Below, one piece after another: positions 8,287-18,799 of a DNA stretch of 64,000 bases. The stretch lies in assembly GCA_034520665.1 (NCBI GenBank), contig JAXHNJ010000002.1:608660-672659 (forward strand), read 5' to 3'. The stretch comes from Patescibacteria group bacterium (GTDB taxonomy: Bacteria > Patescibacteriota > Patescibacteriia > JAXHNJ01). A model generated the notes under the pieces. That model searched no databases and had not been told where the DNA came from. It worked only from the letters and a program-made list of their open reading frames with translations. A program made the translations under genes and the position numbers. Each line of letters begins with the position of its first letter. Positions within the stretch are counted from its first letter, which is position 1.

Positions 8287-10500
8287 ATGTCTGTAAAAAG
8301 TTTTTCTACAGAAATTGCCGGTAAAAAATTAATTATCGAAACCGGAAAATTGGCTGATCAGGCCAATGGCTCCTGTACTGTACGCTACGGTGATACGGTG
8401 GTTTTAGCTACTGCTGTCATGAGCCAAACTATCCGCGAGGGTATTGATTACTTTCCTCTGATGGTTGATTACGAAGAGAAGTTATACGCGGCTGGTAAAA
8501 TTAAAGGCTCGCGCTTTATCAAACGCGAGGGCCGGCCTTCAGATGAGGCTATCTTAACCGCTCGTCTGGTAGACCGAGCTTTAAGGCCGTTTTTTGACGA
8601 AAAAATGAGAAATGATGTGCAAGTGGTTATTACAGTTTTATCCATTGATGATGAAAATGATCCGGACATTATTTCTTTGATTGCTGCTTCCTGTGCCGTT
8701 TATATGTCTAATATTCCTTGGCAGGGCCCGGTCGGGTGTTTAAGAGTCGGTCGTGTTAATGGTGAATGGGTGCTTAATCCTTCTAACGAAGCCCGTGAAA
8801 AATCAGAGTTTGACTTAGTCATGGCTGGTACTGGGGAGAAAGTAGCTATGATGGAGGCCGAAGCAGAAGAAACAGCCGAAGGAGTAATTTTAGAAGCCAT
8901 TGAATTTGGCCAGAAACACATGAAAAAAATTACTAAACTAATTGAAGAAGTAAGAAGTGAAGTGGGAGCTGAGAAAATTAAGGGTGATACTGAAGAAATA
9001 GATAAAGAAGAAAAAGAAGAAATAGAAAATTTAGAAAAAAAAGTTAAAGATTTTACCAAAGATAAATTAAAAGAATCATTAAATATAAAAGATAAACTTG
9101 AACGTGAAGAAGCGATTACCAAGATTAAAGACGAATTAAATATAAGTTTGAAAGAGGATAATGAAATCAGTAAGGAGAGGCGAGAAAGAGCGGCTATGAT
9201 TCTACAGGAAATGCTGGATAAAGAAGCCAAGCGTTTGATGTTAGAAGAAGAAGAAAGAGTAGACGGCCGAAAACTGGATGAAGTGCGGCCGGTCAGCTGC
9301 CAAGTGGGGCTTTTGCCGCGTACACACGGCTCGGGTCTTTTTAACCGCGGTGAAACTCAAGTGCTTTCTATAGTTACTTTGGGTTCTCCGGGAGATGAAC
9401 AATTAATTGACACTATGGAAGAGTCGGGTAAAAAACATTACATGCATCATTATAATTTTCCTGGCTTTTCTGTGGGAGAGGTTATTCCTATGCGCGGGCC
9501 AAAAAGAAGAGAAATTGGACACGGTGCTTTAGCTGAAAAAGCTGTCATGCCGCTTTTACCGGACAAAGAAGATTTTCCCTACACTATTCGTGTGGTTTCA
9601 GAAGTTTTATCCTCTAATGGCTCTTCTTCTCAGGCCTCGGTTTGCGGCTCTTCTCTGGCTCTGATGGATGCTGGCGTGCCTTTGAAAAAAGCTGTGGCTG
9701 GTATTGCTATGGGTATAATTATGGATGATCAGGAAAAAGAATATAAAATATTAACCGATATACAAGGTATTGAAGACCACTCGGGTGGTATGGACTTTAA
9801 AGTAGCCGGGACCAGAGACGGCATTACCGCTATTCAACTAGACGTAAAAATCAGCGGCTTAACTCTAGAAATTTGCCGGGAAACTCTGGAAAAAGCTAAA
9901 CAGGCTCGTTTGAAAATTTTAGAAACCATGAATAAGATAATACCCGAACCCAGAAAAGAACTTTCTGAGTATTCTCCGCGTATTGAAACCTTAAAAATCG
10001 ATCCGGAAAAAATAAGAGATGTAATAGGTCGGGGTGGTGAAACCATTAATGAAATCATTGAAGAGTGCGGCGGAAGAGATATTACCAAAATTGATATTGA
10101 GGATGATGGTTTAGTTTTGATAACCTCCAGTGACGCCAAAATGTCCGAAAAAGCCCTTGAATGGGTTAAACAAATAACTCGTGAAATAGAAGTGGGAGAA
10201 ATTTATGAAGGTGATGTTATTCAGATTATTAAAGACCGTAACAATCCCAATAAAGAAATTGGAGCCATTGTAGAAATTTTACCCGAAAAAGACGGTATGG
10301 TGCATATTTCAGAATTTTCTCACAAACACATTAACAAAGTCTCAGATTTAGTGGATGTGGGAGACCATATTAAAGTTAAAGTAATGGAAGTTGATAAAGA
10401 AAGAGGGCGTATTGGCTTATCAGTTAAAGCTTTAACTGAATCAAAAGATAAAAATTATCACCAGAAAAAACGTGATAAAAAAGATTTTAGAAAAAAGTAG
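8287..10500 (+). CDS. pnp: Polyribonucleotide nucleotidyltransferase (PNPase)
   Basis: Two RNase PH domains (RREIGHGALAE, SNGSSSQAS, GMDFKVAGT), KH and S1; ATG 8287 follows AAGGA. Confidence 0.98.
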   Translation: MSVKSFSTEIAGKKLIIETGKLADQANGSCTVRYGDTVVLATAVMSQTIREGIDYFPLMVDYEEKLYAAGKIKGSRFIKREGRPSDEAILTARLVDRALRPFFDEKMRNDVQVVITVLSIDDENDPDIISLIAASCAVYMSNIPWQGPVGCLRVGRVNGEWVLNPSNEAREKSEFDLVMAGTGEKVAMMEAEAEETAEGVILEAIEFGQKHMKKITKLIEEVRSEVGAEKIKGDTEEIDKEEKEEIENLEKKVKDFTKDKLKESLNIKDKLEREEAITKIKDELNISLKEDNEISKERRERAAMILQEMLDKEAKRLMLEEEERVDGRKLDEVRPVSCQVGLLPRTHGSGLFNRGETQVLSIVTLGSPGDEQLIDTMEESGKKHYMHHYNFPGFSVGEVIPMRGPKRREIGHGALAEKAVMPLLPDKEDFPYTIRVVSEVLSSNGSSSQASVCGSSLALMDAGVPLKKAVAGIAMGIIMDDQEKEYKILTDIQGIEDHSGGMDFKVAGTRDGITAIQLDVKISGLTLEICRETLEKAKQARLKILETMNKIIPEPRKELSEYSPRIETLKIDPEKIRDVIGRGGETINEIIEECGGRDITKIDIEDDGLVLITSSDAKMSEKALEWVKQITREIEVGEIYEGDVIQIIKDRNNPNKEIGAIVEILPEKDGMVHISEFSHKHINKVSDLVDVGDHIKVKVMEVDKERGRIGLSVKALTESKDKNYHQKKRDKKDFRKK

Positions 10501-11067
10501 ATGATAATTTCTATTTCTGGCAAACCCGGTTCAGGCAAGTCAACAGTGGCTAAAAAAATAGCCGAAAAATTAAATTATGAGCGTTACTATATGGGCGGTC
10601 TGCGACGGCAGGCCGCCAGAGAAAAAGGCATGACTCTGGCTGAGTATAATCGCTTGGGAGAAAAAGATTTTTCTACTGATAAAGAAGTTGATGAGTATTT
10701 AAAAAAATTGGGCCAAAAGGAAGATAACTTTATAATTGAAGGCCGAACCGCTTTTCATTTTATTCCCCATTCTTATAAAATTTTTCTTGATGTTGAAGCC
10801 GAGGAGGGGGCTAGAAGAATATTTAAAGATATAAAAAAGGGTGGAGCTCAAAGAAATGAAGCTAAAAATCTGGAATCTTTAGAAGATGTTTTAAAAGCTA
10901 ACCAAGAAAGGATGCGTAGTGATGATTTTCGCTATAAAAAATATTATGATTTAGATATTTTTAACCCCAAACACTATGACTTATATTTAGATACCACTAA
11001 TTTAAGTCAAAAAAATGAATTTAAAAAAGTATTTGAAGCGGTTAAAAGAACTATAAACAAGCAATAA
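10501..11067 (+). CDS. cmk: Cytidylate kinase, archaeal-type (d)CMP kinase
   Basis: ISISGKPGSGKST P-loop, IIEGR, RYKKYY...YDLYLDT. Confidence 0.85.
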   Translation: MIISISGKPGSGKSTVAKKIAEKLNYERYYMGGLRRQAAREKGMTLAEYNRLGEKDFSTDKEVDEYLKKLGQKEDNFIIEGRTAFHFIPHSYKIFLDVEAEEGARRIFKDIKKGGAQRNEAKNLESLEDVLKANQERMRSDDFRYKKYYDLDIFNPKHYDLYLDTTNLSQKNEFKKVFEAVKRTINKQ

Positions 11068-11091
11068 TTAAATTGTGGAAAACTAATTAAT

Positions 11092-11119
11092 AAATTTGGC
11101 TAAATTAAGCCAAATTTTT
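11092..11119 (+). terminator. Intrinsic terminator after cmk
   Basis: aaatttggct-aaatta-agccaaattt followed by T. Confidence 0.5.
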
Positions 11120-11133
11120 AAATATTTGTAAAC

Positions 11134-11162
11134 TTGACAAAAACAAAATGCTCTGCTATACT
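11134..11162 (+). promoter_or_regulatory. Strong sigma70 promoter
   Basis: TTGACA-17 nt-TATACT with extended TG. Confidence 0.75.
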
Positions 11163-11168
11163 AGGAGT

Positions 11169-11525
11169 ATCAGTACCTTTATAAATATCAGTTGAGAGAA
11201 GTTTTTACCTAATATTAGTTAAATTTGGATAAAGAGCTTTCTCAACTGTTTCTCAAGGGTGACTAGGCACCCGCTTGAAAAATTTCAAATAAAAACAAAA
11301 AGGGATTTCTTTCCTTATTAAGTAAGAGAGAAATTACCATAAGATGGTTGAGAATTTTGTTTTCTGTAGTTCCTAGTCTGAGAAAACCAAAAGTCTTTTT
11401 AAGACATCATGATTTTCTTTGCCTATCCATTAGGCGAATAAAATCTGGTCATAAAGACTTATCAAAGGGCGTGCTTGCCCTCTAAAGTAATTATTATCAG
11501 GGAGAAAAAGTACGCCCTCTTTAGT
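11169..11525 (+). ncRNA. Unidentified structured ncRNA candidate (~350 nt)
   Basis: No ORF; own promoter; four consecutive long stem-loops (11189-11248, 11249-11385, 11391-11460, 11466-11519). Confidence 0.55.
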
Positions 11526-11570
11526 TTGTTTAAAATTATTTTAAATATGGCTAATATTAAATACTAGTTC

Positions 11571-11599
11571 TTGACAAAAGTGAAAAATTAGTATATAAT
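11571..11599 (+). promoter_or_regulatory. Consensus sigma70 promoter for the surface-protein gene
   Basis: TTGACA-17 nt-TATAAT. Confidence 0.75.
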
Positions 11600-11831
11600 A
11601 AGTATAGGAGCTGTATATAGATTAAAAAAAATCTTAATTATTAGAAAAGTTTGATTACTTTTCTTCGATGTTATATATAAAAACAAAAATTAGCAGCTGT
11701 ATCTTTTTGGAGGGTAAATAGATCCGCGTTTTTTGCGGTCTTTTTTTATTTAAAATAACACCTTAATATATAAGAAAAACTTATGGTCGATAAGTTTAAA
11801 TAAAAAAATTATAATTAAAAAAGGAAAAATT

Positions 11832-14800
11832 ATGAAAAAAATATTTAGATCGATTATTTGCTCGCTCGCTATTTTTGGTCTTTTGTTTTCGTATTCTTCA
11901 CTGGGTTTTGTTCTAGAGGCAAAAGCGACTACGGCCTCAATTAGTGTGAGTCCAGCTGATACTAGTTTAGATGTTTCTACTAGCTATAACTATTCATTTA
12001 ATATTAGTTCTGAATTATCATCACCTAATCCAAGTACGCCTATAGTGATGAGAATTCAACATTGGTATGGTGGACCGCCAAGTGATGGTGCAGAAATTGA
12101 TTTTACTAATACCTCGGTTAGTTGGTTTAAAGATGATGGTACAGCCATTTCTGGAGTCTCCGGTCAAATAGACCCAACCAGTGGTGAATTTCGAGTTGAT
12201 ATTCCTGGAGATAATACTTTAGCAGCCGGTAGTACTTTATCTATAAAACTAAATGATGTTGGTAACGCCTCAGTAGCTGGTAATTATTCAGTACGGGTTA
12301 ATACAGCTAGTGGCGGTATGCAAACTGAAAATGCTTTTAGTTTAGGTATTGATAAATATATCGAAGGTTATGTTACTTATGATTCTGGCGGTAGAGTTTC
12401 CACTTGTTCGGTTAACGCTAATCTTGAAAGCGGACAAGCCTGGGCCAATGCTAATTGTGATAGCAATGGTTATTATAAATTAGCTTTGACTCAAACTGGC
12501 AACTGGCGGTTGCATTTAGACGCGAAGCATGAAGACGGACAAAGAGTAACCACAGACTGGATTTATAATAGTATGGACCCAACAGTTAGTGTTAGCGGAG
12601 CTGGTACGATTACAAAAAACTTTACCGTAGAAAAAGCCACCTCTACTGTTACTGGTAAAATAGTTAATCTTGACGGCAGCACTTTATCTGATCCTATGCA
12701 GTTTCATCTTGATTTAAGAAATGAACAAGGCCGGGGCTCTGGTACCGGACTTTCTGAAAATGGATCTTTTTCTATTCCTATTAAAGCCGGTACTTATAAA
12801 TTATCTCTTCATTCGCAAGATCCAAAGTATTATGTAGAGGCCAAGAAAGTTCAGGTTGATGAAAATGAAACTAAAAAATTAGGTAATATAAATTTAAAAG
12901 AAAAAACAGCTCAAATTAAAGGCCGCGTAGTTAATAGTAGTGGTAGCCCTATTTCAAATTTACGGATGAATATGTGGGGCCAGCAAGGCTGGGGTGAAGC
13001 CATTACAGATGCTGACGGATATTATACTATGTGGGGTTATCCAGGAGAATGGGAGGTTAGACCGGATGACTGGGATGCTTCTAATAAAGGACTTTTATTA
13101 AGTGGTCCTCCATCCAGGGTTACTATTAGTTCAACCAATCAAACAATTACTGGTATTAATTTTACACTTTTAGCTTCTGATGCCAGTGTTACTTTAAATT
13201 TAGTCGATTCAAGCGGTTCAGCTGTTGAAAATGTCTTTGGTTGGGCTTTTTGCCGCAAAGCTGGACAAATGCCCGGACCAGGCAATGAATTTGGTACTGG
13301 TATTCAGGGATCCAGCGCTCAGATTCCTTTAATTGGCGGTAATTCCTATATTTGTGGCGTTCATATGCCTCCGGAAGTAAATATGTCAGTTGATGATGAA
13401 GTAGAAGTGACTCTGTCCAGTGGTCAAAATAAAACAGCTAATATTACGCTTCTTAATAATGACGCGGTTATAACTGGTTTTTTAAGAGATGCTTCAACTG
13501 GTGAGGTAATTACCGGAGTTGAGGGTGAAGTCTTTGCTCACGGTGAAAGTATGGGTATGGGTTATCATTCAAGAATAAATTCTGACGGTAGTTACCGTCT
13601 TTCAGTCAGACACGGCACTTACTTTATCGGCTATAAATTACATTCATCCGGCTTTATGCAGGGTGATTCAGACCATTCTCCAGTAACTGTTTCAGCTAAT
13701 GGTCAGACCGTTAAAACAATTAGAGTTCATCGGGCTAATGCACAGATTAAAGCCAAGGTCTATGATCCCAAAGGTAATCCTGTGCCTTGGGCCTGGGTCT
13801 GGTGTGATAATATGAAACAAAAAGAGCAGGAAGTAGAAGGGCCTTTTGAAGGCGGCGACGTTCTTCACACCGGAGGCGAAACTAATGGCAGTGGGGTGGC
13901 TAATTTAGGGGTAGTAGCCGGCTCATATTCTTGTTCAGCTGGTTTGCCCCCTGAAATGTCCAGTTATATGCCACCGGATATGGTAGACGTGACAGCTACT
14001 GCTAATACTGATACTAATATAACTTTGCGCTTTAAAGAGTCAGAAGGTAATGTTACTGGTTCAGTTACTATGACTGATGGATCTAGTGTTAATATGGGCT
14101 TTTGCCATGCTTGGAATCCAGACGGCGGTTTTTCCGGCAGTCCGGTTATGGGTGGCCAGTTTAATATTCCTTTAACTAAAGGTACCTGGTATGTTGGTTG
14201 TGATTCAAAAGACGGCAAAAAGTTTTACCGCTCAGAAGAAACTTCAATAACTTTAAGTACGGTTGGAGATACCTTAAATAAAAACTTTGTTTTAAGAAAA
14301 GCCAGCTTTGAACTGCCGGATGCTATCAGTAAAACTTTTGATGCGGCTCAGATGACAGTAATAGATTTACCCGATCAATCAACTATTAGTATTCCGGCCA
14401 ATGCTATAGCCAACAGCGGTAATTATACTTTAACCGCTACCCCCAATACCGACCTTTATCACACTCCAGAAGCTAAACCGGCTTTGGGTTTTGCCTGGAG
14501 TTTGGAATTAACTGATTCTTCTGGACAAAGTGTTACCTCCAGTTTTAACAGTGATATTACTTTGACTGTTAAATATGATGATGAATATTTGGTCTCTGAA
14601 GGTATTGATGAAACCAAAATAATTGGCCGCTATTGGGACGAGAGTTCATCCACCTGGAAATTACCGGAAAATGTAATTCAGGATTCAGTCAATAATACCA
14701 TTAGTATTTATGTCAATCACTTTACCGACTTTGCCGTGACTACTGGTTCAAGCCAAACTGGCTCCCGGGCAGCTAAAAATATAGTTACCGGAGCCAAAAC

Positions 14801-15833
14801 TGGTGCTGGCCCGCATGTTACTATGTGGGATGCCCAAGGTAATAATCAAGCTAATTTTATGGCTTATGCCACTAATTTTCGCGGCGGGGTTAGAGCCGTT
14901 TCTGATGATTTAGACGGTGATGGTATTAAAGAAATAGTCACCGTGCCTTACTCAGCTGGCGGACCGCATGTCAGAGTCTTTAATAGTGACGGTGAAAACT
15001 TAGCTAATGTTTTTCCTTATACCACCGCTTTCCGCGGCGGCCTTTCTCTGGCTACTGGTGATGTTGACGGTGATGGCGGAGCTGAAATAATCGTGGCTCC
15101 GAGTAGTAACGGTGGTCCTCACGTCAGAGTTTATAAGTATGCTGAAGGAGAATTAAGCCATTATGCTTCCTGGTTTGCTTATCCAGAGGATTTAAGAACA
15201 GGTATGGAAGTTTATGCTGGTGATGTTGACGGAGACGGCCAGGACGAAGTAGTAACGGCTACCAAGTCCGGCGCTACGCCTCATGTCAGAGTGTTTGAAG
15301 GAGACTCAACTTTTATTAACCATTTCTTTGCCTTTCCAACAGCCTTTCGCGGCGGAGTTAATGTGACTTTAGGTGATTATGATGGTGACGGTAGTAAAGA
15401 TATTGTTACTTCTCCAGCTTCTAGTGGTGGCCCTCAATATAGAGTCTTTAATAGTGAAGGCGGACTTTTAACTTCCGGCTTTGCTTATAATGAAAACTGG
15501 CGTTTGGGTATGAAGACCGAAGTCGGTGATGTTGACGGAGATGGTGAAATTGAAATTATCACAGCTCCTTCCAATGGCGGACCTCATGTTAAAGTATTTA
15601 ATTCTGATGGACTAGAGTCTCAATTTATGGCTTACAACTCAACTTTCCGCGGTGGTTTGGAATTAGCAGTATCAGATATTGATGCTGACGGCACGGCTGA
15701 TATTGTGACTGTGCCCATGGGTCAAGGCGGACCTCATGTTAAGGTTCAAAATTCAACCGGCGGATTAGTTGATCACTTTATGAGTCATCACCAAGCTTTC
15801 CGTGGCGGGGTTAATCTGACTATTAGCCAGTAA
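11832..15833 (+). CDS. Large secreted surface protein with carboxypeptidase-regulatory-like beta-sandwich repeats and C-terminal FG-GAP repeats
   Basis: Signal peptide; repeated 'I.G.V...G' modules; 'WDESSSTW...NHFTDFAV' domain; ~7 'GGPHVRVF...FRGG...GDVDGDG..EI' repeats. Confidence 0.85.
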   Translation: MKKIFRSIICSLAIFGLLFSYSSLGFVLEAKATTASISVSPADTSLDVSTSYNYSFNISSELSSPNPSTPIVMRIQHWYGGPPSDGAEIDFTNTSVSWFKDDGTAISGVSGQIDPTSGEFRVDIPGDNTLAAGSTLSIKLNDVGNASVAGNYSVRVNTASGGMQTENAFSLGIDKYIEGYVTYDSGGRVSTCSVNANLESGQAWANANCDSNGYYKLALTQTGNWRLHLDAKHEDGQRVTTDWIYNSMDPTVSVSGAGTITKNFTVEKATSTVTGKIVNLDGSTLSDPMQFHLDLRNEQGRGSGTGLSENGSFSIPIKAGTYKLSLHSQDPKYYVEAKKVQVDENETKKLGNINLKEKTAQIKGRVVNSSGSPISNLRMNMWGQQGWGEAITDADGYYTMWGYPGEWEVRPDDWDASNKGLLLSGPPSRVTISSTNQTITGINFTLLASDASVTLNLVDSSGSAVENVFGWAFCRKAGQMPGPGNEFGTGIQGSSAQIPLIGGNSYICGVHMPPEVNMSVDDEVEVTLSSGQNKTANITLLNNDAVITGFLRDASTGEVITGVEGEVFAHGESMGMGYHSRINSDGSYRLSVRHGTYFIGYKLHSSGFMQGDSDHSPVTVSANGQTVKTIRVHRANAQIKAKVYDPKGNPVPWAWVWCDNMKQKEQEVEGPFEGGDVLHTGGETNGSGVANLGVVAGSYSCSAGLPPEMSSYMPPDMVDVTATANTDTNITLRFKESEGNVTGSVTMTDGSSVNMGFCHAWNPDGGFSGSPVMGGQFNIPLTKGTWYVGCDSKDGKKFYRSEETSITLSTVGDTLNKNFVLRKASFELPDAISKTFDAAQMTVIDLPDQSTISIPANAIANSGNYTLTATPNTDLYHTPEAKPALGFAWSLELTDSSGQSVTSSFNSDITLTVKYDDEYLVSEGIDETKIIGRYWDESSSTWKLPENVIQDSVNNTISIYVNHFTDFAVTTGSSQTGSRAAKNIVTGAKTGAGPHVTMWDAQGNNQANFMAYATNFRGGVRAVSDDLDGDGIKEIVTVPYSAGGPHVRVFNSDGENLANVFPYTTAFRGGLSLATGDVDGDGGAEIIVAPSSNGGPHVRVYKYAEGELSHYASWFAYPEDLRTGMEVYAGDVDGDGQDEVVTATKSGATPHVRVFEGDSTFINHFFAFPTAFRGGVNVTLGDYDGDGSKDIVTSPASSGGPQYRVFNSEGGLLTSGFAYNENWRLGMKTEVGDVDGDGEIEIITAPSNGGPHVKVFNSDGLESQFMAYNSTFRGGLELAVSDIDADGTADIVTVPMGQGGPHVKVQNSTGGLVDHFMSHHQAFRGGVNLTISQ

Positions 15834-15871
15834 AAAAATAACAACTGAATATAGTCAAAAACAAAAAAATC

Positions 15872-15898
15872 AAAAAGCTCCTTAAAAAGGGGCTTTTT
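15872..15898 (+). terminator. Intrinsic terminator
   Basis: aaaaagctcc-ttaaaaa-ggggcttttt. Confidence 0.7.
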
Positions 15899-16146
15899 GA
15901 ATATACTAATATTTAATCAAAACAATTGAAAAATCTTTATTTCTTTGTAAGCCGGATTCCAATATTCTTCAGCCTAGTCAAAGTCATTTGCGGTTTCCAA
16001 TATCAATACGGCTAATGTTTTTGCTGATAATTTTAAAAAATTAATTAAGTATTTGATCTCTCTCTGCGGTAAGTTCTAATACTTGTCTGCTCGCCAAACT
16101 TTTAAGATAGGTGAGAATAGGGGAATTTTTGTCCAATCCACGATGA

Positions 16147-16293
16147 TATTCAGCAGGCGGACCGAATGTCAGAATTTACAAATGGAATACTTTAACTGAA
16201 AATATGGCAATTGATTATTGGTTTATGGGCTATCTTTCTTCTTATCGCCTAGGACTAGAAGTAAAGAAATTTATTAAAATTTTGCTAATCTAA
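16147..16293 (+). pseudogene. Orphan FG-GAP-type repeat fragment
   Basis: Translates YSAGGPNVRIYKWNTLTENMAIDYWFMGYLSSYRLGLEV, one repeat unit like those of the upstream protein; no start. Confidence 0.55.
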
Positions 16294-16390
16294 AATAAGA
16301 AAATCAGCTCCAAAAATAATCCACAGGGGCTGGTTTTCATATATTGACTATAGTGATATAATGTAAACCCTAATTATTAATATTATTTTT

Positions 16391-16738
16391 ATGGATCAAG
16401 AATTTATTCAAAAAATGAAAAGAAATTTAGAATTAGAAAAGTATGAAATCAGAAAGAGATTGGGTCATTTTGGCCAGGAAGACGCTCATGTTAAGGATGA
16501 TTTTCACACAGATTTTCCAGAATTTGGAAATAAGGATGAAGATAATGCCACCGAAGTAGCGGAATATATGAATAATCTTTCTCTAGAAGGAAATTTAGAA
16601 AGCCGCATAAAAGAAATTGATGAAGCTTTAGAGAGTATTGAAAAAGGTACTTATGGTTATTGTAAAAATTGCCAAAAAGAAATTAACCCCGAAAGACTAA
16701 AAATAAATCCGGCGGCCAAAACCTGTGTTCAATGTTAA
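16391..16738 (+). CDS. TraR/DksA C4-type zinc finger protein
   Basis: DEDNA...IDEALESIEKGTYGYCKNC...ERL..NPAAKTCVQC. Confidence 0.92.
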   Translation: MDQEFIQKMKRNLELEKYEIRKRLGHFGQEDAHVKDDFHTDFPEFGNKDEDNATEVAEYMNNLSLEGNLESRIKEIDEALESIEKGTYGYCKNCQKEINPERLKINPAAKTCVQC

Positions 16739-17214
16739 ATTCAAGACCTGTTTTTAAAAATAAATATTTTATTTTTATAATAATTTTTTTTACTTTTCTT
16801 CTGGATCGTTTAATAAAATTGATGATTATTAAGAAAGAAAGTTTTTTTATTATCCAGGATTTTTTAAAAATAAATTATTATGCCAACTGGGGTATTGCCT
16901 TGAGTCTGCCGGTTAGTCAGTACATAATCTATCCTTTAGTAGTACTGATTATGCTGATTATTTTTTATTATTTTTACCTTTCTCTGAAAAAAAATAATTA
17001 TCTTATGATTTGGTCTTTTGGTTTAATTTTTGTCGGCGCTTTTTCTAATCTTCTTGACCGTTTCCGTTTTGGCCATGTAATTGATTATGTAAATTTTGTC
17101 GGACGTTTTCCGGTCTTTAACTTAGCTGATGTGATGATAGTTTGTGGGATATTTTTATTTTTAGTAAATGAAATTAATAAAAACCGAAGAAAAAAAATTT
17201 ATAAAAAAACTTGA
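16732..17214 (+). CDS. lspA: Lipoprotein signal peptidase II
   Basis: NWGIALS, GAFSNLLDR..GHVIDY, PVFNLAD. Confidence 0.93.
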   Translation: MLNSRPVFKNKYFIFIIIFFTFLLDRLIKLMIIKKESFFIIQDFLKINYYANWGIALSLPVSQYIIYPLVVLIMLIIFYYFYLSLKKNNYLMIWSFGLIFVGAFSNLLDRFRFGHVIDYVNFVGRFPVFNLADVMIVCGIFLFLVNEINKNRRKKIYKKT

Positions 17215-17275
17215 CTAATAAGATCTTGTTTGATAGTTTTAAGTAAGGTGGCTTAAAAGAAAGCGACCTTTTTTT

Positions 17276-18790
17276 ATGTCTACAAAAATTTATTCAGCCA
17301 GTATAATCGGCCTTGACTCGGTTTTAGTCGAGGTTGAGGCTGATATTAATAATGGTCTACCGCGTACTCATATAGTTGGTTTACCGGATAAGGCTTGTCA
17401 AGAAGCAGCTGAGAGAGTGCGTTCAGCGGTTAAAAACAGCGGTTTTTATTTTCCGGTGAGAAAATTAACAGTTAACCTGGCCCCGGCTGATGTCCGCAAA
17501 GAAGGGCCTTCCTTTGATTTATCTATGGCTATAGCCGTGCTTTGTATTTCCGGTCAGCTGGAAAAAGATTTAAGTCAATCAATTTTTATTGGTGAATTAT
17601 CTTTGGGCGGTGAATTAAGACCAGTTAACGGTATTTTGCCAGTAGTACAACTAGCAAGAAAAAAGAATATTAAAAATATTTTTTTACCGGAAAAAAACGC
17701 TAATGAAGCTTGTTTAGTGCCGGGGCCTAATATCTATCCTTGCCAAAGCCTGTATCAATTAATGCGTCACTTAAAGAAAAAAGAATTAATAAAAGCGCAC
17801 AAATATGTTCATAAGAAAAAAAATAAAATTGATAAATCTCGAGATATGGCTTTTATTAAGGGTCAGGAACACGCCAAGCGAGCTTTGGAAGTAGCGGCTG
17901 CTGGCCATCATAATATTCTAATGACTGGACCGCCGGGTTCTGGTAAAACTCTTTTGTCAAAATCCCTAACCACTATTTTACCGCAAATGAAGCTGGATAA
18001 CTCCCTGGAAGTAACCAAAATTTATTCAGTGGCTGGTATGGTTAAGTCAAATAACCCCTTAATTACTAAAAGGCCTTTTCGCTCGCCTCATCATACGGCT
18101 TCAGCCGCCTCCATCATCGGCGGTGGCCGTGTGCCCCGGCCGGGCGAGGTCTCTTTGGCCCACCGAGGAGTTTTATTTTTAGATGAGTTGCCGGAGTTTC
18201 AAAGGCAGGTTTTAGAAAGCCTGCGCCAGCCTTTAGAAGACGGGGAAGTAACAGTGGCCAGAGTTTCTGGCAGCATGACTTTTCCGGCGAATTTTATGCT
18301 AGTGGCGGCTTTGAACCCTTGTCCTTGCGGCTATTACTCTGATCCTTCTCATGAATGCACTTGTTCACCCTCTCAAATTATTCGCTATCGTAAAAAGATT
18401 TCCGGGCCATTGCTTGATCGGATTGATATTCATATTGAAGTGCCGCGACTCAAAACAGAAAAGATATTAAAAAAAGCTAAAGGTGAGTCTTCAGCGGCCA
18501 TTAAAAAAAGAGTAAAAAAAGCGCAAAGTACTCAGCGTCAAAGATTTAAAAAGATAAAGATAAAAAATAATTCAGAAATTCCAGCCCGCAATATTGACCA
18601 ATTTTGCTCTTTGAATGAAAAAGGTCGCCAACTAATAAAAAATTCCACTATTCAGCTTAATTTATCCGTGCGTTCTTACCATAAGGTTCTAAAAATTGCT
18701 CGTACTATTGCTGATTTAGATGTTTCAGAAAAGGTTGAAGTAAAGCATTTGGCCGAAGCCTTGCAGTACCGGCCTAAAATGGATAATTAA
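17276..18790 (+). CDS. comM: ComM/YifB Mg-chelatase-like AAA+ helicase
   Basis: NLAPADVRKEGPSFDL, GPPGSGKT, RSPHH, GVLFLDELPEF, ISGPLLDRID. Confidence 0.95.
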   Translation: MSTKIYSASIIGLDSVLVEVEADINNGLPRTHIVGLPDKACQEAAERVRSAVKNSGFYFPVRKLTVNLAPADVRKEGPSFDLSMAIAVLCISGQLEKDLSQSIFIGELSLGGELRPVNGILPVVQLARKKNIKNIFLPEKNANEACLVPGPNIYPCQSLYQLMRHLKKKELIKAHKYVHKKKNKIDKSRDMAFIKGQEHAKRALEVAAAGHHNILMTGPPGSGKTLLSKSLTTILPQMKLDNSLEVTKIYSVAGMVKSNNPLITKRPFRSPHHTASAASIIGGGRVPRPGEVSLAHRGVLFLDELPEFQRQVLESLRQPLEDGEVTVARVSGSMTFPANFMLVAALNPCPCGYYSDPSHECTCSPSQIIRYRKKISGPLLDRIDIHIEVPRLKTEKILKKAKGESSAAIKKRVKKAQSTQRQRFKKIKIKNNSEIPARNIDQFCSLNEKGRQLIKNSTIQLNLSVRSYHKVLKIARTIADLDVSEKVEVKHLAEALQYRPKMDN

Positions 18791-18799
18791 ATCAGGGCT

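Noticed and set aside
7149-10139. Antisense ORFs over NYN/pnp, and similar shadows over the large genes at 35-56 kb
   Set aside because: Shadow frames of well-supported genes
15900-16140. Possible degraded gene on the minus strand
   Set aside because: Multiple stops and no recognisable motif
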